Assembly (NCBI RefSeq): GCF_036971445.1
Contig: NC_091480.1
Location: 62,372,001 to 62,436,000 of the forward strand
DNA: 64,000 nt
DNA from: Narcine bancroftii
Lineage: Eukaryota
Direction: 5' to 3'
Under the pieces are notes generated by a model, which was given only the letters and a program-made list of their open reading frames with translations, ran no database searches and was not told where the DNA came from. Positions 1-9,555 of this stretch are shown in pieces. The position numbers were made by a program, and so were the translations under genes. The first letter of the stretch is position 1. Each line of letters begins with the position of its first letter.

Positions 1-1385
1 TATGATTACCCCTTTTCCCTTTAATTACTTATAAAATTTCTTAGGATTATCCTCAATGTTATCTGCCAGAACTATCTCCCATCCCCTTTTGGCCTCCTGA
101 TTTTCTTTTTGGCTTGCTCCTCTGTCCCCAAATTCCTCCAAGTATACACTTGATCCCAGCTGCTTACATCTGCCCTGTGCCCCCTCTTGCTCTTAACCAG
201 ATACTGAATTTCCCTCATCATCTAAGCATGTCTGACCCATCACTCTAACAGGTACATGCATGTCCTGGACTATTGTCAACACACTTTTAAAAATATCCCA
301 TTTTCCTCACATTCTTCTTCCTTCAAACAGCCTGCTCCGATTATCTTGTATCTTCAAAGTTGTTCTGGCCCCAATTCCGAATTTTTAACTCGTGGTTCTG
401 CCCTGTCTCTCTGCAATGAAACAAAGGTCAGTGGACCCTAAAGGCTCATCCGCAAACACGCCATCCATTTTCCCCTCCAAATTTCCCAAGACTGGATCAA
501 GCGTTGCCTTTTCCAACGTTGAATTATCAGCATATTGCTGGAGAAAAATGTCCTGAACACATTTGACAAATTTCACCCCACCTAAGCCTTTCACACTCTG
601 ACTTTCCCAGTCAATATTTGGAAAGTAATAATCCTCAACTAGGACAACCTTACAGCTGGCAGCAATCTCCTGGCGTATTTGCTCCTCTAACTCCCGTTGA
701 CTATTTGGGGACCTGTGATACACACCCAACAAAGTGACCATGCCTTTCCTGTTCCTCAATTCCACCCATATAGCCTCACTAGGTCTCTGCAATATCACCT
801 CTGACCAATACCATGATTCCTTCCTTGACCTATAAATGCAACACTCCCTCCTCTTTTACCCCCACTTCTGAAATACCTGAACCTTGGAATGTTGAGCTGC
901 CAGTCCTGCCCCTCTCTTAACCCAGTTTCTGTACCATCTACCACATCCTAGTCACACATGTTTATCCGTGCCCTAAGTTTACCTTCCTCATCTGACGAGC
1001 CTCTTGCATTAAAATAGGTGCAATTGAAAGCAATAGTCCTTCCTCATTCCCTGTCCACTAAAATATCTCTCAACACCCTCTATATCAACCTATAACCTTT
1101 TACTTTCTGGGTCCTGCATCGAATTCCACCCCCCACTGCTAATCTGTCTAGTTTAAACCCACCCATGTAGCACTAGCAAACTGGCCTCCCAGGATGATGG
1201 TCCCTCTCTGGTTCAAGGGCAACCTATACCTCTTGAACAGGTCGCCTCACCCCATAAGAGATCCCAATGATCCAAAAACTTGAATATCTGTGCCCTGCAC
1301 CAGCTCCTCAGCCACAAGTTCATCTGGCCTATCTTCTGAACTCGCTAGCACATTGCACCAGGAGTAATCCAGAGATGACTACCAT
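1..1385 (-). mobile_element. Decayed CR1 LINE, 5' part (APE endonuclease region)
   Basis: ORF 385..798(-) reads EAIWVELRNRKG..LGVYHRSPNS..FPNIDW..LD, typical of the CR1 ORF2 endonuclease; flanking frames are disrupted. Confidence 0.85.
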
Positions 1386-1389
1386 TGAT

Positions 1390-3130
1390 ACTTTGGAATG
1401 GAAATATTTTGTGGACTAACAAGAAATTACTGCTTCCGGTAAAAGGGGAAATTGTTGCTCTGAATATTTTATTGGCTAGAGATGGAAATGTCAAATCTTT
1501 GAACACGAGAAACATTAATTATATTTTTTAGACAATAGTCCAGAAAATACTTTAAGGCAGAATGGAAGCTGCTGCTTCAGATATTTTACAGACATTACAG
1601 GGAAATGGGTACTTTTGATTTTCATTTTTTTGGAGAAAAACCAGAAGATTGCAATATCTGATAGTTTATGGACTAAAGATTCAAACTTGCTGTATCTTCT
1701 ACATTTTTGATTAAAGATTGTAAACTCTAATAGGTTATGGTGTAAGGACTGAAATTTGCTGTATTTTGTTGATTTAATAACTGATGACTATAAGTTAGAA
1801 TTTGTTGTATCAGATAGTTTAAGTAGTAATCTTTGGGCATTAGTTCTCATAATTAATGGATCAACAAGGAAAGATGAGGAATGTTTAAGACTGGAGATTG
1901 GAAATTATTCTGTTATTTTATTGTCTAAAGCAGTGGTTCTCAACCGTTTTCTTTCCACTCACATCCCATTTTAAGTCATCCCTAGGCCATTGGTGCACTG
2001 TGAGTAGTAAGGGATTGGTTACGGTGGGATATGGGGGGAAGGGAAGGACCCAATTGTTACTGAAATCTTTTGCTTGAGAGAAATGGTCATTGGCCCATTT
2101 CCTTTGGAGTTCTGAAACTGTGCACATAACGAGTCCATGAGGGATGATTAAAACAGTGGGTATCAAACGTTGGTTTCCACCCACATCCCACCTTAAGCCA
2201 TCCCTTACTACTCACAGAGCACTAATGGCACAGGGAATACTTAAAGTGGGATGTGAGTGGAAAGAAAAAGGTTGAGAATTACTGGTCTAAAGATTGCAAA
2301 TTAGTGCTTTTAAAACTTGAGATTGGAAATTACTGCCACTGAGATTGTATGGGATATGGTGTGAAGTTTATTTAATGGTTAATAAGTAGGAAATTACCAT
2401 TTCAGATATTTTCTGAAATATTACGGGGAAGTTGCTACTTCTGATCAGAAATGTCTGCTTCTGGAGAGAACAGTTGATGTTTTATGGGCTAACTTACAAG
2501 TTCCTGCCGTTCATATTTTATGGATCTTTGACTGTAAATAATTCCTAGATAATTGGCAGCAGTTTTGAGGGCCTGGTATTTTGTGCTTTACAGAGTGAAA
2601 ATTGCCTCTACCCATGTTTTATCGACCACAGAATCGAAATGAATGCTTCAAGCATTTCATGGACAATGGGCTGGAATTTACTGCATCTTGCATTTCATGG
2701 ACAAAGGATGTTTCTTGTGCTCTGCAGACAATGGATTTACTAACTACTGTCTATGATATTTTACTGCTTTTGATACTTTGAGAAATTATTGCCTCTAATA
2801 TAATACAAAATACAGGCTGCCAATAACTTTCTTTGATCTGTTATGCACCAAAGAGTGGACATTATTGGTTCTGATTTTTGACAAATTATAGGCTGGAAAT
2901 CACTGTTTCTGTTCCAGCTCCATCAATTTCTTTATAGACTAACAGACAAGAAATCACAGCTTTTGTTGCATCCTATTCTGCAGAATGACAATTAATGCTG
3001 ATAATAGTGGATTGTAGTCTGGAAATATGACATATTTAATAAATTAGAGCTGAAAATTATGGCAGCTGATATTTTCTATTCTAGAGACTGAAAATTAATA
3101 CATTTAATGTACCACAAACAGAAAGGTACC
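1390..3130. repeat. Degenerate ~38-bp tandem array, block 1 (in GDF11 intron 1)
   Basis: Recurrent variants of GGAAATTACTGCTTCTGATATTTTATGGACTANAGACT, e.g. near 1413-1437, 1563-1590, 2388-2410 and 2893-2910; interrupted by a MITE. Confidence 0.75.
1931..2284. mobile_element. Non-autonomous hAT-type MITE
   Basis: TIRs CAGTGGTTCTCAAC...GTTGAGAATTACTG and a perfect 8-bp TSD GTCTAAAG at 1923-1930 and 2285-2292. Confidence 0.9.
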
Positions 3131-3174
3131 ACACCAATATGTTATTTTTAAATTTAATTAATTTTTTTAAATTA

Positions 3175-3420
3175 AAAAAATTTGAAATACAGCACAGTAA
3201 CAGGCCATTTCAGCTCACAAGTCCGTGCCGCCCAATTTACACCCCATTAACTACAACCCCTGGTATGTTTTGAACAGTGGGATGAAACCGGGATCCCCGG
3301 AGAAAACCCATGCAGACATGGGGAGAACATACAAACTCCTTACGGAGAGTACAGGATTCGAACCCCGGTTTAGTCCTGATTGCTGGCACTGTAAAGGCAT
3401 TGCACTAACTGCTACGCTCA
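3175..3420 (-). mobile_element. tRNA-derived V-SINE-like element
   Basis: Minus strand shows a tRNA-like head with B box GGTTCGAATCC, then GGAGTTTGTATGTTCTCCCCATGTCTGCATGGGTTTTCTCCGG and a CR1-like tail; same family as 16262-16508 and 47938-48167. Confidence 0.85.
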
Positions 3421-3454
3421 TGAAATCTATATTGTAAGTTACTTATCCTATTTT

Positions 3455-4890
3455 AGAACATTACAGTACAGGCCCTTCGACCCACAATGTGGTGCTGACC
3501 TATATAAACCTAATAAACAATCCAACCCTTCCCTATCACACACCCATAACCCTCTTGCATCCACATGCCTGTCTGAGAGTTTTTTAAATGTTCCTATTGT
3601 ACCAGCCCACACCACCACCCTGGCAATGCATTCCAAGCACTACACTGTAAAACAAAACTTACCCCTGATGTCTCCCCTAAACTTTCCTCCCTTTACTTTA
3701 TGCAAATGTTCTATGGGGAAAAGGTGCTGGCTGTCCACCCAATCTATGCTTCTCATAATCTTGAGACCTCTCATCCTTCTTCATTCCAAAGAGAAAACCC
3801 CAAGCTCTCTTAACCTTGCCTCATAAGACATATTCTCCAATCTCGGCAACATTCTGGTAAATCTCCTCTGCATCCTTTCCGAAGCTTCCATATCCTTCCT
3901 GTAATGAGGCAACCAGAACTGAACGCAATATTCCCAGTGCGGACTAATCAGAGTTTTATAGAGCTGCAACATTACCTCTCGACTCTTGAACTTAATCCCC
4001 CAACTAATGAAAGCCAGCATACCATATGCCTTCTTATCTACCCTATCAACCCACATGGCATCCTTGAGCGATCTATGGATTTGAACCCCAAGGCCCCTCT
4101 ACCACACTATTAAAAATCCTGCCATTAACTATGTCCTCTGCCTTCAAGTTTGACTTCTCAAAATGCATCACCACACTTATCTGGATTGAACTCCATCTCC
4201 CACTTTTTCGCCTGTTGTAATCTACAACAACCATTCACAGCACCTCCAACCTTCATTTGATCTGCAAACTTACTCATCCTTCTTCTTCGTCTAGGTCATT
4301 TATAAAAATCACAGAGCAGGGGTCCCAGAACAGATCCCTGCAGAACTCCACTAGTCACCGACCTCCAGGCAGAATATGCTCCATCTACTAACTACCTTCT
4401 GCTTTCTGCAAAAAAGCCAATTCAGAATCCACACAGCCAAGGTTCCATGGATCCCATGCCTTGTGTTTCTGAACTCGTCTCTCATGGGGGACCTTGTCCT
4501 TACCTAAATCCATAGACATTACATCTAGCATCCTACCTTGATTAATTTCTTTTGTTACTTCCTCAAAAAACTTAATTAGGTTCCTGAAGCACGACCTACC
4601 CTTCACAAAGCCACGCTGACTATCCCTGAGAAGACTATGTTTCTCTAAATGCTCGCAAATCCTGTCCCCAAGAATCCTCTCCCACAGTTTGCCCACCACT
4701 GATGTAAGACTCACTGGTCTATAATTCCCAGGATTCTCCCTATTACCTTTCTTAAACAAGGGGACCACATGTGCCATTCTCCAATCCTCTGGTACCTCCC
4801 TTTGGCCAGGGAGGATGCAAAGATCATTGCCAAAGCCCCAGCAATCTCTTCCCTCACTTCCTGTAGTAACCTGGGATATATCTTGCCTGG
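3455..4890 (-). mobile_element. Decayed CR1 LINE (RT and 3' end)
   Basis: ORF 4388..4777 (VVPLFKKG..PGNYRPVSLTSVVGK) and ORF 3781..4056 (LYKTL..PH.EYCVQFW.PHYRKD) are CR1 ORF2 motifs. Confidence 0.9.
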
Positions 4891-4949
4891 AGTAAACTCA
4901 CTGAAATGCTGGAGGAACTTAGACTCTATACCTTGACTGGTCCCAGGGA

Positions 4950-5970
4950 CCCATAGACTATAATCAAGAAATTAATGTTTTTTTAAAACAACAAAAATAC
5001 CCATTGTTGCTGAAAATCTGATTACTGAAATTGTAGACTGACCATTACTGCCACTGATGGACTATAGACTGGTAATTTCTGATGCTGATTTTAACATATG
5101 ATCTAGAAATTATAGTTTGAGCTACTTTCATGAACAAAGGACAGGAAATTAGTGCCTTCGTCTGCCAGTGTATTGAGTATAGAAGTTGAGAGGTCATGTT
5201 GCAGTTTTATAAGACATTGGTGAGGCCCCATTTGGAGTATTATGTTCAGTTCTGGTCACTGTGCTGCAGAAAAAATGTTGTCCGGCTGGAGAGGGTGCAG
5301 AGAAGATTGACGAGGATGTTGCCAGTATTCGGGGGCCGGAACTATTCAGAGGTTGAGCAGGCTAGGGCCTTATTTTATTCCTTGGAATGCAGGAGAATGA
5401 GGGGTGATTTCACACAGGTGTACAAAATCATGAGAGGAATAGATTGGGTCTTTTTGCTTGGAGAAGGGGAATTGGTAACCAGAGGATGTAGGTTTAAGGT
5501 GAGGCAGGAGAGATATTACAGGACCCTGAGGGGTAACCTTTTAAATATAGAGAGTAGTGGGTGTATGGAACAGGGTGCCAGAGGAGGTGGTTGAGGCAGG
5601 TCCTATTGAAACATTTGGACAAACACATGAATAGGATGGGTTTCGAGGGATATGGGCCAAACAGGCAGTGGGATGAGCATGGGTGGGACATTTTGGTTGG
5701 TGTGGGCAAGTTGGGCCAAAGGGCCTGTTTCCACGCGGGGTGACTCTAACCAAGCAGCAAATTGCCGTTACTAATATCTCAGAGACTATAAACTGGAAAT
5801 TACTGCTTCTGATATTTAGTGGACTGTGGATGGGAAATTACTGCTTCTGATGTACTTGCAGTTACTATTTTAATTCTATGGAAATGGGAAACTGATGTTT
5901 CTGATATTATGGCTGTTAGCAGCAAATTACTCTTGATATTTTGTAGATTATAATATTGAAGTCAGATGTT
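4950..5970. repeat. Further blocks of the 38-bp array (~4950-5160 and ~5755-5970), split by a CR1 3' fragment
   Basis: GGAAATTACTGCTTCTGAT occurs at ~5795 and ~5833, 38 bp apart; variants occur near 5026-5160. Confidence 0.7.
5150..5750 (+). mobile_element. CR1 LINE 3' fragment
   Basis: ORF 5196..5594 reads LQFYKTLVRPHLEYYVQFWS..LERVQRRLTRMLP..RRMRGD. Confidence 0.9.
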
Positions 5971-6292
5971 ATGATCTACAGTGGAGAATTAAGGACTTGT
6001 TTTTTGATTTGTGAAATAACCTTAGGATCAATTTGATTATTTTAAATGTTGCAACTTTTATCTATGTTGTATGTTATTCATTTAAAGTTGCAATAACAAC
6101 TACATAAGTTTAAATTATGCTATCATTAAGACATTGCCCTCTGTCAGCTTTAGTTATTATCAGCAGGTTTCCCTTCTCTCCCAGCAACTCTGGATAGAAC
6201 TTCCCTCAAGACACCATTTGATACTAAAATTGCTCCATCAGTGAGGACCCCAGTTTGAATCAACCAGGGAATGGATGCCACCTGGAGCAAAA

Positions 6293-6445
6293 CAGTGGTT
6301 CTCACCTTTTTCTTTCCACTTACATACCACCTTAATCCCTTACTAACCGCAGAGCACCTATGACATCCTATGCCACAGGTGGGATCCCTAATGTAAGGGA
6401 TTAAGGTGGTATGTAAGTGGAAAGAAAAAGGTTGAGGAACCACTG
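6293..6445. mobile_element. Palindromic hAT-type MITE (same family as 1931-2284)
   Basis: CAGTGGTTCTCACC...GGTTGAGGAACCACTG with long inverted arms; no clear TSD. Confidence 0.8.
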
Positions 6446-6596
6446 TAACTTTTGATATAATGGCAGAGGCATTTAGAGTGCAATTCATTGCATAATGTTT
6501 AAACGACCCCACCCCCTCCGCCAGTGTGACCTTGCCCTTTAGAGTCACCAACATGATTTTTGCCCAGAGTTTGAAGATGGGACACGGGGTACTCAC

Positions 6597-6993
6597 GTTC
6601 GGCGGCCATGGTAATGACAGTTTCTGTCGTGGCGTGATACTCGTCATCTTCAAGAGTAGACTCCTTGGCCGAGCAGTCATCTCCCTGGATGTCATAGCGA
6701 TCTAACAGTTGTTGCAGCGGGGGAGCTTTAGGCAGGAGCTGATTGACAATATCTCGACTAATGTTGGGGGCTTGCTTCAGACGCAGCTTGCTCAGGATCT
6801 GGGATTTAATGGATTCCAACCTCAGTGCTTTGCTATGCTCCCTCCATAAACAAGCGGAGCATTCTTTTCTCCCAGGTTCCGCAGGGACTGAGACGCTCTC
6901 TTCTGCCCCTAAATCCTTCTCCAAGGCTGGCTCGATGCTGCCTGTCAATCCCAGAGAGATCAGGAGGCAAAGCAAAACGTGTGGTCTGTGCAT
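6597..6993 (-). CDS. GDF11: Growth differentiation factor 11 (GDF11/myostatin subfamily), coding exon 1: signal peptide and N-terminal prodomain
   Basis: ATG at 6993 (gaccATG), hydrophobic signal peptide, then [62 protein letters not shown]...[18 protein letters not shown]. The 397-nt exon ends in phase 1 at donor GTGAGT (6596). [22 protein letters not shown] and ORMDL2/DNAJC14 linkage favour GDF11 over MSTN. Exons 2-3 were not seen in the window. Confidence 0.85.
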
Positions 6994-7001
6994 GGTCTGC
7001 T

Positions 7002-7002
7002 G

Positions 7003-7033
<31 letters not shown>

Positions 7034-7040
7034 CGTGCGC
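7002..7040. repeat. (GT)n/(GCGT)n microsatellite in the GDF11 5' UTR
   Basis: A GT dinucleotide run followed by GCGT units, ending about 9 nt upstream of the ATG on the minus strand. Confidence 0.9.
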
Positions 7041-7124
7041 GCCCTGTTGAGAATGGATCTCGGGATTTAGGAGAAGGCAGTGGGTGAGTGACACGCTGGT
7101 GTATGATAACTGATCAACTGGGTC

Positions 7125-7260
7125 GCGCCTTTTTATATTATAACTTTGGCCGAACTATTGCGTCGTAAAAATCCGGGATTGGTTGAACAGCCAAAGGGGT
7201 TTTTGGCTGTCAAGAAAAACAAGAGAGAAAAAATTTAAGACATTGCCTTCTGTCATTTCT
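7125..7260 (-). promoter_or_regulatory. GDF11 proximal promoter: TATA box, CRE-like site, CCAAT box, two Meis/TALE sites
   Basis: On the minus strand: TGACAG (7255-7250 and 7212-7207), AACCAATC (7184-7177), TTACGACGC (7168-7160) and TATAAAAA (7137-7130), ~140 nt upstream of the ATG. Confidence 0.8.
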
Positions 7261-8716
7261 CGTTATTATCAGCAGGTTCTCCCTCTCTCCCTGAAACTCT
7301 CAAGATGTCATTCGATATATTTCATCCTTTCTCCTATTTACTGGACCCAATTTGCTTTATTTTTATCGTGCAGACTCCAGACACAGGCTTGTGTTTCCAT
7401 CCACTAATTTCGTTTTAATTGACAAACTATTTTGTTTCCTGAGTTTATCGGTGTTATCACCGTCCATACCTTCGCGTTCACTTTTCATTAATTTACGTTT
7501 GGACTTTGAGTGTGTTACTGTTTTATTTTTAACCCAACCAGGATCGACGGTCAAGCCATGCGCGTCTGCGAAACTGACCTGTAATTAAGGTCATTGAGGT
7601 TTATTGTTATTTGCACCGAGCGCTCGGGACTCTCGGACGACTGTCTTCAACGCCTTCATTTACATGCTTTGGCGGCGCGTTCTTGTGAAAGAACCCATTT
7701 GGCTTTCTTTTGGTGGGATGATGGAAGGAGAGACGCTTGTGGACAAACCGAAGTTAGGGATCGTTCGCTTATTGTAATTTCGAAACCTTTTATTAAACAG
7801 TATACCACCTCCATGAATAGAAGGGCTGCGGAATGTCGGAGAAACTCAGCAGGTCAAACAGTGTCCTTCAGATTTATGGTCAGAGGACATCACATCCAAC
7901 CCTGAGTTTCCTTTTTTTTTCTTGTAGGCGAGGCAGAATTGCCACGAATTGGGAGTGCAAAAAAAAACCCTGTACTCAACGTACACGTCAACAAATAAAG
8001 AACTCAACAACTGACTGCAATTTCGAGAAAAGGACGAGTCCTTCAATGGATCCCTGATTGGGTTTGTTGTTGAGGAGTCTGATGGTGGAGGGGGAGCAGC
8101 TGTTCCTGAACCTGGTGGAGCGAGTCTTGCACCTCGACCCCTTTCCTGATGGCGGCAGCGAAAACAGAGCACCTGATGTAGCAAAGATAGAGATACATAA
8201 CCAACGTCTCCTGCTTGAGCCCTTCATCAAGTTATATCCATTAATAGATTTATCTACCCCATTAATTATAAACCAGCAAGGCAGGGTGGAGCAAATTCGC
8301 GTCAGTAACTCGATCTGGGATAAGGCGGAATCTACCGGATTATTGTAAAGCAAAACATTTGGTTCACTGACGTTCTTCAGGGAAGGGAATTTGTCCTCTT
8401 TACCCGGCCTCGACTTGTGTAACTCCAGACCAACCGATGTGCTTAACCCTTAAGCGTCTCTTCAGTTCACAACCAATAATGCTGGATTTATTAGCGAACG
8501 CTAACTAATTTATTTTGCACTCGATGCGTTTGTTTCCCCGAAACTCTTTGAACCGTTTTTTTTACGCGTCAGTTTCGTGTCTGATGAGCTGCAGGTTGTT
8601 CTCAGAGCGAACGTTGTGATGGTTTCTCAGCATCGTTTTAACGAAAAGAATCGATAGCGAGAGGCCCAAACAGTCCATAACTATAATGACATGAACTGTC
8701 AATAGTGAAACAACAG

Positions 8717-8904
8717 GAAGCCCAGCCGGAAAACGGAACCACATCTTACCTTCGACCATGGGAACCCAGAGACTCAGTTTACCCCACTGCAGGGCTCCTT
8801 TCCCGAGCGTCTGTTGCTCAAGGAGCCCTGCAATGGGGTAAACTGAGTCTCTGGGTTCTCATGCTCGAAGGTAAGATGTGGTTCCGTTTTCCGACTGGGC
8901 TTTC
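8717..8904. repeat. Long near-perfect inverted repeat (~83-bp arms, ~19-nt loop), probably a MITE
   Basis: AAGCCCAGCCGGAAAACGGAACCACATCTTACCTTCG...GGGCTCCTT is mirrored by AAGGAGCCC...CGAAGGTAAGATGTGGTTCCGTTTTCCGACTGGGCTT. Confidence 0.9.
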
Positions 8905-9411
8905 GGTGACATTCCTGTGTATAAATTAAGATGAAAAATGACCATTTCGCCCATCCAAATTCAAGGCTATTACATGTCGCAAAAGTACGGCGACAATCGG
9001 TGATCGAAAGAAATTTCTCATAACCTAGCAGAATGAGACAAGGCCAGAATGTAGACCTTTCGGTTTAATTAGACTGAGATTGACACGTACTGGCTCTCGA
9101 AATTGTCCGTTTGCATTTAACCTTAGTTGCAAATGTAACCAGAACTTAATAAACCCTCTCCGTAAATTCCACAGCAGAGAAACAGTAGGTGTTGGAACAT
9201 CTATGAGTCATACAGTACAACACATATACGCAGTCAGTCAACTGGTCTGAACTCTTTATTGAGACCGAGAAAGACTTACAGCATTCCATAAGACATAGGA
9301 GCAGAAATAGGCCATTCAGCCCATCGATTCTGTCCTGCCATTCAATCATGAGCTAAAGGTTCCATTATTGTCACATTTAGAATTCTACCGCTCCTTTGTC
9401 CAGCAGAAATG

Positions 9412-9473
9412 AGGCCCCAGCGAGGAATGAACTCATGCCCCCTGGTTTAAAAGACCAGTGCTCTAACCTCTGA
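9412..9473 (-). pseudogene. 5'-truncated tRNA-Thr(UGU)-derived pseudogene
   Basis: Minus strand TCAGAGGTTAGAGCACTGGTCTTTTAAACCAGGGGGCATGAGTTCATTCCTCGCTGGGGCCT resembles vertebrate tRNA-Thr(TGT); the 5' acceptor strand is missing and the anticodon position reads TTT. Confidence 0.75.
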
Positions 9474-9555
9474 TTCATTCTCCCACTCCACGAACCCCCG
9501 CCCCACATAACTTTCCATGCCATGGCTAATCAAGAACCTATCAATCTCCGCCTAA

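Noticed and set aside
3175-3420. tRNA genes at SINE heads (also ~16440-16505 and ~48100-48165)
   Set aside because: The A/B boxes belong to V-SINE heads followed by a V domain and CR1-like tail; there is no full cloverleaf.
1390-5970. 38-bp periodic array as a CRISPR array
   Set aside because: Vertebrate intron; units are tandem and degenerate with no unique spacers, and there are no cas genes.
6150-6695. 181-aa minus-strand ORF and the ORF-track extension of GDF11 to 6499
   Set aside because: An alternate frame and intron read-through past the GTGAGT donor at 6596, running through a MITE.
6597-6993. Calling the gene MSTN
   Set aside because: The promoter and a few residues are MSTN-like, but [22 protein letters not shown] and ORMDL2/DNAJC14 linkage favour GDF11. 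Not fully excluded without exon 3.
9412-9473. Functional tRNA-Lys(TTT)
   Set aside because: The body is Thr-like, the 5' acceptor strand is absent and the T arm is degenerate.
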